64,000 bases of DNA from Kiritimatiellia bacterium (GTDB lineage: Bacteria > Verrucomicrobiota > Kiritimatiellia > JAAZAB01). The stretch covers positions 32,001-96,000 of the forward strand of contig JAXGPF010000005.1 of NCBI GenBank assembly GCA_040767085.1, read 5' to 3'. The notes under the pieces are model-generated. The model worked only from the letters and a program-made list of their open reading frames with translations, made no database searches and was not told the origin of the DNA. Position 1 is the first letter of the stretch; every line of letters starts with the position of its first letter. Positions 37,119-47,846 of this stretch are shown here, piece by piece. Position numbers and translations under genes: made by a program.

Positions 37119-40100
37119 ATGTCAAACGTAAAAGACCGACTGCCCGGCTGGATGTTGATATCGTTCGCGGCCGCCATGCTGGCCCTGTCTGCCGCCACGG
37201 GTTGGTACTACCAGCATGGACGGCGGATGATCGAAGCAAGAGCCGCGGACCATTTAACCGCCATCGGCCGTTTGAAAACCGGCCAGATCGCCGCGTGGCG
37301 CAGAGAGCGGCTGGCCGACGCCGCCGTCCTGGCCCAGGGCGTCGCCTTTTCCGCTAAAGTCGCCCGGTTTCTGGCGGGTCAGGACAGGGAAGACACGCAA
37401 GAATTGCGGGCGTGGTTGCGCCGTTACCAGGAGCATTATCATTATGCGGATATCCTGCTGATTGACCGCCAGGGCTCCTGCCGGCTCAACCTCTCGGGCA
37501 AGCAGATGGCGGCGGAAAAATTCCAGCCGGCGCTGGCGCCCGCCTTTGAAATGCGGCGGCCTTATTTGACCGACCTGCACTCCGATCAGGATATTCCCGC
37601 CGCGCATGTCGGCGCAATCGCGCCCATCTTCGCCGGGAACGATCCGGCGACCGAACCCCTGGGCGCGATCATCCTGATTACCTACGCCGACCAGTACCTC
37701 TTTCCGCTGTTGCAAACCTGGCCCGCGCCCAGTTAAACCGCGGAAACCATCCTTTCCCGCCGGGATGGCGCGGACATTTTATTGATAACACCACTGCGGC
37801 ATCAGCCGGATGCCGACCAGCCCCGGCGTATGCCCTTAACCCAGACGAATGTGCCGGCCGTTCAGGCGGCCCTGGGACACGCGGGGGTCGCGGCGGGCGT
37901 GGATTACCGCGGCGCCAGGGTTCTGGCCTACGCCGCTGCCATCGCCAACACACCCTGGTTCCTGGTGGCCAAGCAGGACGAGGCGGAAATCTTCGCCGAT
38001 TGGCGGTATCGCAGCCGGATGATCCTGGGCGCCTTCCTGGCCTGGGCCGCCGGCATCATCGGCATCGGGGCCGCTGCCTGGCAGCGCAACAACAAGGCGC
38101 ATTACTGCGCCTTGTATCAAGCCGAAGCCCGGCAGCGCGCCGCGGCGGAAGAGGAAGCGATGATCCTGTGCTCCATCGGCGACGCCGTCATTGCCGCCGA
38201 CTCGGCCGGCCGGGTGAAAGTAATGAACGGCGTGGCCGAGGAACTTACCGGCTGGACCGAGCAAGAAGCCATCGGCAAACCGCTGGCCGAGGTCTTCAAC
38301 ATCATCAACGAAGAAACCCGGCAGCCGGCGGAAAATCCGGTGGCGAAAGTCCTGCGGGAAGGCGTCGTGGGCGGCCTCGCCAACCACACCCTGCTGATCT
38401 CCCGGGACGGCCGCGAGCGGCCCATCGCCGATTCCGCCGCGCCGATTTACGACGAGGCCGGCGGCATCGTCGGGGTGGTTTTGATCTTCCGCGACAAGAC
38501 CGCCGAATGGAACTACCGGACGCTCTTCGAAAAAATGCTTGACGGCTTCGCCGTGCACGAATTGATCTGCGACGAGCAGGGCCGGCCGGCGGACTACCGC
38601 TTCCTGGAAGTCAATCCCGCCGCCGAAAGCATGCTGGGCAAGCCCGCCGGGGAGATCATCGGCAAGACGATCAGCCAGTTGCTGCCCAAAACCGAGCGTA
38701 ACTGGATTGAAATCTACGGCCGCGTGGTGCAAACCGGCCGTCCCGCCCGCTTTGCGGCTTACGCCCAGGCGTTGAACAAGCATTTCGAGGTATCGGCCTT
38801 CCGCACGCATGCCCATCAATTCGCCGCTATCTTCCAGGATGTCACCGCGCGCCACCAGACCGAGCAGGCGCTGCAGGAGAGCGAACGCCGGCACCGTTCG
38901 CTCACCGACGATGTGCTGGACAACACGGAAGTCGGCATAATCATCCTGGACGCCCAGTTCAACGTGGTTTTGATCAACCATGCCATCGAGCGTTTCTTCG
39001 GATTGCAGCGGGAACAGGCTGTTGGCCAAAACAAGCGGCGCCTGATACAGGAGCAGATTGCCGGCATCTTCGAGGATCCGGTGGAATTCCAAGCCCGGCT
39101 CTTCGCCACGTATGCCAACAACTCCTATGTCGAAAAATTTGAATGCCGGGTGATGCCCGACGGGCCGCGGGAAGGGCGCTGGCTCCAGCATTGGAGCAAG
39201 CCGATCGGCGCCGGCCTGTATGCCGGCGGCCGGATCGAGTATTATTACGACATCACCGAACTCAAACAGGCGGAAGAAGAGCAGCGGCGGCTGTTCTCGG
39301 CGATCGAACAAAGCGGCGATATTGTCATCATCACCGATCCGGAAGCGAATATCCAGTACGTCAACCGGACCTTCGAGCAAATCACCGGCTACATCCGCGC
39401 GGAAGTCCTGGGCAAGAATCCGCGCCTCCTGAAAAGCGGCAAACAGGGCGAAGGCTTTTACCGCGAGATGTGGGATCACCTGGCGGAAGGCAAGGTTTTT
39501 CGCGCGTGCATGATTAACAAGTGCAAAGACGGCTCGTTATACACTGAGGACGCCACCATCTCGCCGGTCTTCGACAAAGCCGGCAAAATCGTCAATTACG
39601 TTGGCGTCAAGCGCGATATGACCGAGCGCCTGTCCATGGAAGCCCAACTGCAGCAGGCGCAGAAAATGGAACTGGTCGGCCGGCTGGCGGGCGGCGTGGC
39701 TCACGATTTCAATAACATGCTCAGCGCCATCCTGGGCAATGCGGAATTAGTATTGGAGCAAACGCCGGCGGAATCTCCGACTTACCCGGAAATCCAGGAA
39801 ATCATCGCCGCCGCCAAGCGTTCCGCGGGCATCACGCAGCAGTTGCTGGCGTTTGCCCGCAGGCAAATCATTTCTCCCAAAATGCTGGATTTGAATGATA
39901 GCATATCCAGCATGCTCAAGATGCTGCAACGCCTGATCGGGGAGAATATTGACCTGGCCTGGCTGCCTTCCAAAACCGCCTGCATCGTGAACATAGATCC
40001 TTCGCAACTGAGCCAGGTGCTGGTCAACCTTTGCGTCAATGCCCGGGATGCCATCCATAATATCGGCAAAATCACGATTGAAACCAGCAAGATCAAGCTG

Positions 40101-40787
40101 GATGAACAGTATCGCGCCATCCATCCGGAAGCCGCACCCGGCCCGTATGTCATTTTAAAAGTCAGCGATAACGGCAGCGGCATGGATGCGGAAACGATGA
40201 GCCATCTTTTCGAACCGTTTTTCACGACCAAAGAAGTCGGCCGCGGCACCGGCCTGGGCCTGGCCACGGTGCATGGCATCGTGACGCAAAATCACGGATT
40301 CATCCAGGTGGAAAGCCAGCCCGGCCAGGGCGCCTATTTCCAGATTTTTCTGCCTTGCCAGGCGCACGCGCCGGTGGAACCGCCGGCGCCGCCGCCGGCG
40401 GACCTGCCCCGGGGCAATGGCGAGATCATCCTGGTGGTGGAAGATGAAATCGCCGTCCTGCGTTACGCCCAGACGATCCTGAACCGGCTGGGTTACCAGG
40501 TGCTGACGGCCGCCGACCCGCAAATCGCGCTGCAACTGGCGCGGGAACATGCCGGCGCGATTAAGCTGCTCATCACGGATGTCGTCATGCCCGAAATGAA
40601 CGGCCGCGACCTGGCCGCCAGGATTACCGAGCAATCACCCGGACTCAAGTGCGTGTTCATGTCCGGCTATACCGCCAACGCCATTGCCCACCATGGCGTG
40701 CTCGATCAGAATGTTTTTTTCATGCAAAAGCCGTTTTCCCGCCAGGAACTGGCCGCCATCGTCCAGAAGGCGCTCTCGGCAACCTAG
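37119..40787 (+). pseudogene. Membrane multi-PAS hybrid histidine kinase interrupted by an in-frame TAA
   Basis: ORFs 37119-37736 and 37782-40787 are in the same frame, separated only by TAA 37734-37736; PAS domains, H-box GGVAHDFNN, HATPase [13 protein letters not shown], receiver (VEDE, TDVVMP, QKPF). Confidence 0.85.
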
Positions 40788-40928
40788 CTTGGCCGTTGGC
40801 AATGGCGCGGCCAGACCCATCAGCCGCTTATCCCGGTACGGCGCTCCCATCCATTAATCTTCTGAGATGGCCGTCTGGCCGGCGCATGACGCCGCCCTGA
40901 TAATTCGTTCCGGCGGCGCATATTTGAT

Positions 40929-42314
40929 TGTTCGTAACAAGTCAAGTGTCCGCTTTTTGTAACAAGTGATCTGTCCGATTTGTTATTGTGTGTTGTTGCT
41001 CCTGGGGTGAGGATTTTCCTCCCCCGCGGGGGAGGAAAAAGTTTATGCGACGTCCTCCAGCGACGCCGAAATGTTCAACGGTCCTTGGTAGCGGCCAACC
41101 ACATGCGGGCCATAACGGATGGACACCGTGCCATCGAGGTGCTCGCAGACTTTAACCCGGCACTTGGCGAAGCTGAAACGCCATTTTGATGGTCCAATCT
41201 GCAAGCGGCGACTCCCGACAGCCACGGTATTGTCATTTTGAACCTCTCGCGCATGCTGCACACAGAAAATGCTGTCCAAATCCTGCTCACCGCAAGGCAC
41301 GAAACACGTTCCTGTTTCCCGCGCCTTCACCTTCATGTTGCGATTGAAGGAAGGCAGAAACTGTTGTTGAATATAGACGTTGGCCTCGGCCATCGTCCGG
41401 ATTCCCGCCTGCCTTAATTCCTGCGGCAGGCGCCCTTGCCAGGTCTTAAACATCCGCTCTATTCGCCCACGTCCCTGGGGGCTATAGCTCGGAATATGTT
41501 CGATCCCCAACTGTTGCAACGCCCGTCCAATTTGCGTCAATTGACGCCGGTCCACCGCCCCGCCTTCTTTGGGCGTATAAAAGAAATGACTGCCACGATC
41601 CGTGTACAGACTGCAGAAAACCCCATGTTTAATAATGACTTCTTTCAACCCCTTCATCACCGTTAATGTCCCTTCCTGGGGCACAAGATAGGCCGTGTAG
41701 ACTTCGCTGGTGGCATCGTCCATCACCAGGATCAGATCCTGCTTCTGGCCCGCCAGCAGGGGCAACCAGGCATGGGTGCTGCCATCCACCATCAACATCA
41801 TCCCCGCCATTGGTCGCCGTTCCCGCTGCTGCCGATGCGGCCCTCGTTTCCGGGCCTTCGCCACCAACCCGGCCGTCTGCAAGGCGCTCTTGACCCACTG
41901 ATAACTGAGCTCGATCCCATGCTCCGCCTGCAGCTTCTCGTGAAAATGCCTCACATTGAAATCCATGTATTCTTCTCGGTACAACCTCAGCACCTGCTTC
42001 ACCGTCGCAAGGGGCACGCGCCGCGGCCCCGGTATCTTCCGCCGACGATCCAGCAGCCCGTCGTAACCATACCGCTCGTAGCGCCCTTTCCAGCGCCGCA
42101 TGGTCCGGTAGCTCACACCTAGTATCTCCGCCGCCTCCCACCACATTAACCGCCCTTCAATCGCACGCAAGATCACTTCCTGTACCTTCATTGCCCGCTC
42201 CAGTGCTGCCTTCGGATATTCATCCATATAACCCCCCTTTGAATGCACCATCCTGACAGCTTTAAGCGGACAAATCATTTGTTAATTATGCGGCCAAGTC
42301 ATTTGTTTACGACA
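40929..42314 (-). mobile_element. IS1202-family-like insertion sequence, copy 2 (1386 bp)
   Basis: Reverse complement of copy 1; direct repeat CGGCGCATATTTGAT at 40914-40928 and 42316-42330, with an unmatched A at 42315. Confidence 0.93.
41043..42227 (-). CDS. DDE transposase (same translation as copy 1)
   Basis: Translation matches 4070-5254. Confidence 0.93.
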   Translation of the reverse strand: MDEYPKAALERAMKVQEVILRAIEGRLMWWEAAEILGVSYRTMRRWKGRYERYGYDGLLDRRRKIPGPRRVPLATVKQVLRLYREEYMDFNVRHFHEKLQAEHGIELSYQWVKSALQTAGLVAKARKRGPHRQQRERRPMAGMMLMVDGSTHAWLPLLAGQKQDLILVMDDATSEVYTAYLVPQEGTLTVMKGLKEVIIKHGVFCSLYTDRGSHFFYTPKEGGAVDRRQLTQIGRALQQLGIEHIPSYSPQGRGRIERMFKTWQGRLPQELRQAGIRTMAEANVYIQQQFLPSFNRNMKVKARETGTCFVPCGEQDLDSIFCVQHAREVQNDNTVAVGSRRLQIGPSKWRFSFAKCRVKVCEHLDGTVSIRYGPHVVGRYQGPLNISASLEDVA

Positions 42315-42330
42315 ACGGCGCATATTTGAT

Positions 42331-42359
42331 TTGCGCGGGTATCGGGATTTTGTTAACGT
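42331..42359 (+). promoter_or_regulatory. Putative sigma70 promoter of purL operon, flush with IS target duplication
   Basis: TTGCGC-17 bp-TAACGT with extended TGn, 37 bp before ATG 42397. Confidence 0.55.
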
Positions 42360-42396
42360 GCGAGGCTGTTTTGATGAACCTTCAAACAGCCCGACC

Positions 42397-45393
42397 ATGG
42401 CATATCGTTTAGAAATCGGCCCGCGGCCCGGCGCGGCGGACACGCGCGGCGCTCTGGTGGAACGCCAGGCGCGGACAGCCCTCGGATTGCGCCTGGCTGC
42501 CGTCCATACCCGCACAGCGTACATCATCGACGCCGACCTGACAGCAACGGAGCGGGCAACCATCCGCCGGGAGTTTACCGACCCCATCGTGGAAATTTCG
42601 GCCGCGGGGCGGCTGCCGCCGCCGCGCCGGTTCGACTGGCTGATCGAAGTCGGATTTAAACCCGGCGTGACGGACAATGTCGGCAATACGGCGCGGACCG
42701 CGCTGCGGGATGTCCTGGACCGCCGCCTGCCTGACAGCGTCCGCGTTGACACCGCCACACAATATTTTATCGCTTTCCCGGCCGGCGCCGGCCGGCCGCG
42801 CCAGGTCCGGCAACTGGCGGAAAAATTGCTGGCCAATCCCCTGATCCATACCATCGCCATCCATGCGGCCGCCGCCTGGCGGCGACAAACGCCGGACGCT
42901 GAGGGCCCGGCCCCGCACGAACAGCAACCGCTGGAGGTCAAAACTTACGACTTGCGCGGTTCGGACGCAGATTTGCTGAAGTTCAGCCGCGACCATGTCC
43001 TTTCCTGCAGCCTGGCGGAAATGCGGGCGATCCGCGCCTACTTCCGCCGGCCGGCGGTCCGCCGGGCGCGGCAGGAGCTGGGCCTGCCGCCAACGCCGAC
43101 GGATGTCGAAGTGGAATGCCTCGCCCAGACCTGGTCGGAACATTGCAGCCACAAGATTTTCGCCGCGCAGATTGACTACCGCGATGAGCGCGGACGGCGG
43201 CAAACGATCAAATCGTTATATCGGACATTTATCAAGCATGCCACGCGCCAGGTCGCCCGCCGGCGCAACTGGCTGGTCTCGGTGTTCACCGACAATGCCG
43301 GCGTCATCCGTTTTACGCCCCGGCACCACCTGGTTTACAAGGTCGAGACCCACAACAGTCCTTCCGCGCTTGATCCCTACGGCGGGGCCATGACCGGCAT
43401 CGTCGGCGTCAACCGCGATCCGATGGGCACCGGCATGGGCGCGTCCCTGCTGTGCAACGTCTGGGGCTATTGCCTCGGTTCACCCTTTTACCGCGGGCAT
43501 TTGCCGGCCGGTTTAATGCATCCGCGGCGTATCCGCGACGGCGTACACCAGGGCGTGATTGAAGGCGGCAACCAGAGCGGCATCCCCTGGATGCGGGGGT
43601 GGGAATTTTTTGATGACCGTTTCATCGGCAAGCCCCTGGTGTTCTGCGGCACAGTCGGCCTGCTGCCGGTGCAGGTCAACGGCCGGCCCTCGGAACGGAA
43701 GGAGGTCCGGCCGGGCGATCTCCTGGTGGCGATGGGCGGCCGCATTGGCAAGGACGGCATTCACGGCGCGACTTTTTCCTCCGAGGAATTGCGGGAGGAT
43801 TCACCGACCCAGGCGGTGCAGATCGGCGACCCCATCACCCAGCGCAAGATGTATGAATGCCTCCTGGAAGCCCGTGACCGGGGTTTGTACCGCTGCATCA
43901 CGGATAACGGCGCGGGCGGCTTAAGCTGCGCGGCCGGGGAAATGGGGCGGATTGCCGGCGGGGTCGAATTGGACCTGGCGCGTGCGCCGCTGAAATACCA
44001 GGGCTTGCAGCCGTGGGAAATCCTGCTTTCCGAGGCCCAGGAACGGATGACCCTGGCGGTGCCGCCCAACCGCGTCCGGGCGCTGCTGCGCCTGGCGCAC
44101 CGACGCGATGTCGAGGCCGCGGTGCTGGGGCGTTTTACCGATACCGGCGTTTTCCTGATCCGCCACGGCGCTCAAACCGTCGGACGCCTGGAACTGCGGT
44201 TTCTCTACGGCGGCTGCCCGACCTTGCGCCTGCAAGCGCGCTGGCGTCCGCCCCGCAAGGCCCCGCCGCGCCTGCCGGCGCCCGGGCGGCGCGACCGGGT
44301 GCTGACGCAACTGCTGCAATCGCCGAATCTCTGTTCCCGCGAATTTAAAAGCCGGCAATACGACGCCGAAGTCAAGGGCTTGAGCGTGGTCAAACCCTTT
44401 GTCGGCGTCCATGGCGACATGCCCGCGGACGCCACCGTCATGCGCGCGGATTATCGCAGCCCGGAGGGGATCGTCCTGGCCGAAGGCATCAATCCGTTTT
44501 ATTCCGATCTCGATACCGGCGCGATGGCGGCCGCGGTTGTGGATGAGGCCGTGCGCCGGGCCATCAGCGCCGGCGCCGACCCCGAGCATCTGGCGGGCCT
44601 GGATAATTTCTGCTGGCCGGATCCGGTGCAATCCCCGAAGATTCCCGATGGGGCTTACAAACTGGCGCAGTTGGTGCGCGCCTGCCAGGCGCTGCATGAC
44701 ACCACGGTCGCCTTCGGCGTGCCCTGCATCTCAGGCAAGGATAGCTGCAAAAACGACTCGACGCGGGGGGGCCGCCTGATCTCCATCCCCCCCATCCTGC
44801 TGTTTTCCACGATCGGTAAAATCGCCGATGTGCGCCGGGCCGTCACCATGGAAGTCAAGCAGCCGGGCGACCTGGTGTTCCTGGTGGGCCTGACCGCCCC
44901 CGAATTGGGCGCCTCCGCCTTTTACCGGCTGCTGGCGGCGCAGCAAAAGCAGCCCGCCCATATCGGCGGACGCCTGCCGGACCTGAATCCCGACCGGGCC
45001 CGGCGCACCTACCGCGCCATGCATCAGGCCATCCAGGCCGGCCTGTTGCGCTCTTCCCATACCCCTGCTCGCGGCGGCCTGGCCGTGGCCCTGGCCTTGG
45101 CCGCCCTGGGCGGCGATCTCGGCCTGGAAATCGATCTGGATCAATTGCCCGCTGCCAGCCGCCTGTCGCCGGATGAAAAACTGTTTTCCGAATCCAACAG
45201 CCGGTTTATCGTCACCGCCGCTCCCGCCCATGCCGAACGCCTGGCTGAAATTTTCCAGGGACTGCCCTGCGCCCTGATCGGCCGGGTCGCGCGCCGGAAG
45301 CTTCTGAGCGTGCGCGACGGCGGCCGGCTGGTATTGCAGGCCGGACTGGCCGAATTGCGCCGGGCATATAAGCGAACGTTGCAAGACCTATGA
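42397..45393 (+). CDS. purL: Phosphoribosylformylglycinamidine synthase subunit PurL (with PurS-like N-terminal extension)
   Basis: QTWSEHCSHK, KVETHNSPS, DGIHGATFSS, DNGAGG, SEAQERM, DNFCWP, ISGKDS, LFSESNSR. Confidence 0.95.
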   Translation: MAYRLEIGPRPGAADTRGALVERQARTALGLRLAAVHTRTAYIIDADLTATERATIRREFTDPIVEISAAGRLPPPRRFDWLIEVGFKPGVTDNVGNTARTALRDVLDRRLPDSVRVDTATQYFIAFPAGAGRPRQVRQLAEKLLANPLIHTIAIHAAAAWRRQTPDAEGPAPHEQQPLEVKTYDLRGSDADLLKFSRDHVLSCSLAEMRAIRAYFRRPAVRRARQELGLPPTPTDVEVECLAQTWSEHCSHKIFAAQIDYRDERGRRQTIKSLYRTFIKHATRQVARRRNWLVSVFTDNAGVIRFTPRHHLVYKVETHNSPSALDPYGGAMTGIVGVNRDPMGTGMGASLLCNVWGYCLGSPFYRGHLPAGLMHPRRIRDGVHQGVIEGGNQSGIPWMRGWEFFDDRFIGKPLVFCGTVGLLPVQVNGRPSERKEVRPGDLLVAMGGRIGKDGIHGATFSSEELREDSPTQAVQIGDPITQRKMYECLLEARDRGLYRCITDNGAGGLSCAAGEMGRIAGGVELDLARAPLKYQGLQPWEILLSEAQERMTLAVPPNRVRALLRLAHRRDVEAAVLGRFTDTGVFLIRHGAQTVGRLELRFLYGGCPTLRLQARWRPPRKAPPRLPAPGRRDRVLTQLLQSPNLCSREFKSRQYDAEVKGLSVVKPFVGVHGDMPADATVMRADYRSPEGIVLAEGINPFYSDLDTGAMAAAVVDEAVRRAISAGADPEHLAGLDNFCWPDPVQSPKIPDGAYKLAQLVRACQALHDTTVAFGVPCISGKDSCKNDSTRGGRLISIPPILLFSTIGKIADVRRAVTMEVKQPGDLVFLVGLTAPELGASAFYRLLAAQQKQPAHIGGRLPDLNPDRARRTYRAMHQAIQAGLLRSSHTPARGGLAVALALAALGGDLGLEIDLDQLPAASRLSPDEKLFSESNSRFIVTAAPAHAERLAEIFQGLPCALIGRVARRKLLSVRDGGRLVLQAGLAELRRAYKRTLQDL

Positions 45394-46229
45394 AACACCG
45401 CCGACCCAGAGTCCTGATCGTTACCGGTTACGGCGTGAACTGCGAAGCCGAATCGGCTTACGCCTGGGAATTGGCCGGCGCCCGCCCGGTCAAAATGCAC
45501 CTGAACGATTTGCTGGCGGCGCCCCGGCAACTCGACCGTTACCAGGCATTGATGTTCATCGGCGGATTTTCGTTCGGCGATCACATGGGATCGGGGCACG
45601 TGTTGGCATTACGCTGGCGGCATTGCCTGCGCGATGCATTATGCCGTTTTCTCGCGCGCGGACGGCTGGCGCTGGGCATCTGCAACGGCTTCCAGGTCAT
45701 GGTCAAACTGGGCCTGCTGCCCGGCCTGGACAACGGGAATCATCCTGCCGTAAAACCGGGAGCGCACACCTGCCGCCTGGAGCAGCAAGCGGCGCTGACC
45801 CACAATCGTTGCGGCGTTTTCCAGAATTTCTGGGTGACCATCCGGTTCGATCCCCGCAGCCCATGCGTCTTTACCCGGGGGCTGGATCGGATGGAAATAC
45901 CCATCCGGCACGGCGAAGGACGGCTTTACGCGCCGGCGCCCGGCTTGCTGGATGAATTGGAGCGCCGCGGGTGTATCCCCTGCCGTTACATCCATCCGCG
46001 CACCGGGCGGCCGACGATGCGCTTTCCTCATAATCCCAACGGCTCGCAGCGGGCCATCGCCGGACTCTGCAGTCCGGACGGCCGGGTGTTCGGAATGATG
46101 CCCCATCCGGAAGCCTATTTATTCCCTGAAAACCATCCGCAATGGCCGCGCCAGAAACTGGCCGGCACGCTGCCGCGGCATGGCGCCGGCCTGGCTGTTT
46201 TCAAAAACGCCGTGGAATACCTGCAATGA
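45390..46229 (+). CDS. purQ: FGAM synthase glutaminase subunit PurQ
   Basis: GVNCE, GGFSFGD, GICNGFQ, HGEG, NPNGS, MMPHPE. Confidence 0.95.
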   Translation: MKHRRPRVLIVTGYGVNCEAESAYAWELAGARPVKMHLNDLLAAPRQLDRYQALMFIGGFSFGDHMGSGHVLALRWRHCLRDALCRFLARGRLALGICNGFQVMVKLGLLPGLDNGNHPAVKPGAHTCRLEQQAALTHNRCGVFQNFWVTIRFDPRSPCVFTRGLDRMEIPIRHGEGRLYAPAPGLLDELERRGCIPCRYIHPRTGRPTMRFPHNPNGSQRAIAGLCSPDGRVFGMMPHPEAYLFPENHPQWPRQKLAGTLPRHGAGLAVFKNAVEYLQ

Positions 46230-46852
46230 TCGCCATCGTTGATTATCGCGCGGGCAATCTCACCAGCGTGCGCCTGGCTTTCGAAGCCTTGCAGGCGCCC
46301 GCCATCGTCACTCGCGCGCCGGACGCCATCGCCGGCGCCGCGCGGGTAGTGTTTCCCGGCGTCGGCGCCGCCGGCGCCGCCATGGCTAACCTGAAAGCCC
46401 TGGGCCTGGCGGAGCCGCTGCGGGAGGCCGCGCGCCGCGGCACGCCCTTCCTCGGCATTTGCCTGGGCGCGCAGGCGCTTTTCGATTTTCTGGAGGAGGA
46501 TGGCGGAGTGCCGGGCCTGGGCCTCCTGCCCGGCACGGTCAGGAAATTCGCGCCGGCCGACCGGCGCGACAAGGTTCCCCAAATCGGCTGGAATGCCGTC
46601 CGCTGGCAAAGGCCCCACTCGCTTTGCGCCGGGATCGAGAGCGGCAGCGAATTTTACTTTGTCCATAGTTATTACATCGTCCCCGCCCGGCCGGAAGACA
46701 CCCTGGGCGCAACCGATTATGCCGGCGTAAGTTTCACCGCCATGGCGGCGCGGGGCAACCTGGCTGCCGCCCAGTTTCATCCGGAAAAATCCGGGCGCAT
46801 CGGCCTGCAATTGCTGAAAAATTTTATCCGTTGGACACCCCATGCTGACTAA
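46226..46852 (+). CDS. hisH: Imidazole glycerol phosphate synthase subunit HisH
   Basis: DYRAGNL, PGVG, GICLG, FYFVHSY, QFHPEKS. Confidence 0.96.
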   Translation: MIAIVDYRAGNLTSVRLAFEALQAPAIVTRAPDAIAGAARVVFPGVGAAGAAMANLKALGLAEPLREAARRGTPFLGICLGAQALFDFLEEDGGVPGLGLLPGTVRKFAPADRRDKVPQIGWNAVRWQRPHSLCAGIESGSEFYFVHSYYIVPARPEDTLGATDYAGVSFTAMAARGNLAAAQFHPEKSGRIGLQLLKNFIRWTPHAD

Positions 46853-47621
46853 ACGCATCATCCCCTGCCTGGACGTCCGGAACGGCCGGGTGACCAAGGG
46901 CGTTAAATTCCAGGACAACATCGCCCTGGGCGATCCGGTGGAAATGGCGGCCGCTTACAGCGCCAACGGATGCGATGAACTGGTGTTTTACGACATCGCC
47001 GCCTCCGCCGAAAGCCGGCCGATCGACCTGGCCATGGTCCAGTCAGTCGCGCGCGCCATCCGGATTCCGTTTGCCGTCGGCGGCGGCGTCGGCGGCCTAG
47101 CCGATATGGAAGCCGTGCTGCAAGCCGGCGCGGAAAAAATTTCCGTCAACTCGCTGGCGGTGCGCTGCCCCCGGATCATCGCCGAAGGCGCGCGCGCCTT
47201 CGGCGCGCAATGCATCGTGCTGGGCATGGACCCCGTCAGCGCGCCTGGCGACCCGCGGTTTCCCAGCGGCTATGAAATCACCATCCGCGGCTGCCGCGAG
47301 CGCACGGGGCTGGATGCCTTGGAATGGGCTAAACGCGCGGCCGGCCTGGGCGCGGGCGAGATTGTCGTCAATTCCGTGGATGCCGACGGCACGCGCGCCG
47401 GGTATGAATTACGCCTGACCCGCATGATCGCCGATGCGGTGGACGTGCCGGTGGTGGCCTCCGGCGGCGCCGGCCGGCCGGAACATCTAGCGGCCGCGTT
47501 CCGCGAGGGTGGCGCAGACGCGGCCATCATTGCCGGCATCCTGCATACGGGCGCATACACCATTGCCAGCATCAAGCAGGCATTGGCGGCCGACGGCATC
47601 CCCGTCCGTCAAAAATGGTGA
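46842..47621 (+). CDS. hisF: Imidazole glycerol phosphate synthase subunit HisF
   Basis: MLTKRIIPCLDV, DELVFYDI, DADGT, VASGGAG. Confidence 0.96.
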   Translation: MLTKRIIPCLDVRNGRVTKGVKFQDNIALGDPVEMAAAYSANGCDELVFYDIAASAESRPIDLAMVQSVARAIRIPFAVGGGVGGLADMEAVLQAGAEKISVNSLAVRCPRIIAEGARAFGAQCIVLGMDPVSAPGDPRFPSGYEITIRGCRERTGLDALEWAKRAAGLGAGEIVVNSVDADGTRAGYELRLTRMIADAVDVPVVASGGAGRPEHLAAAFREGGADAAIIAGILHTGAYTIASIKQALAADGIPVRQKW

Positions 47622-47745
47622 ATCCAGAACTATTAACAGGGTTCGGTTCCTGAGTAGCGCCGCGCCATGGCGCTATGACAGCAGACACCAATGCCCGATT
47701 GTTGATGTACTCGCCTTCACAGCCCGCCGCCCCAACAGATTGTGA

Positions 47746-47774
47746 TTGCATAAGATGCAGCTACTTGATATGGT
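47746..47774 (+). promoter_or_regulatory. Putative sigma70 promoter of smc
   Basis: TTGCAT-17 bp-TATGGT. Confidence 0.55.
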
Positions 47775-47846
47775 ATGTTTCAGGTTAAGCCGGAACCCGC
47801 TGTCAGGCGGGCGCGGTGTTTAAAATTTCTACCGGAGCATGGCGCA

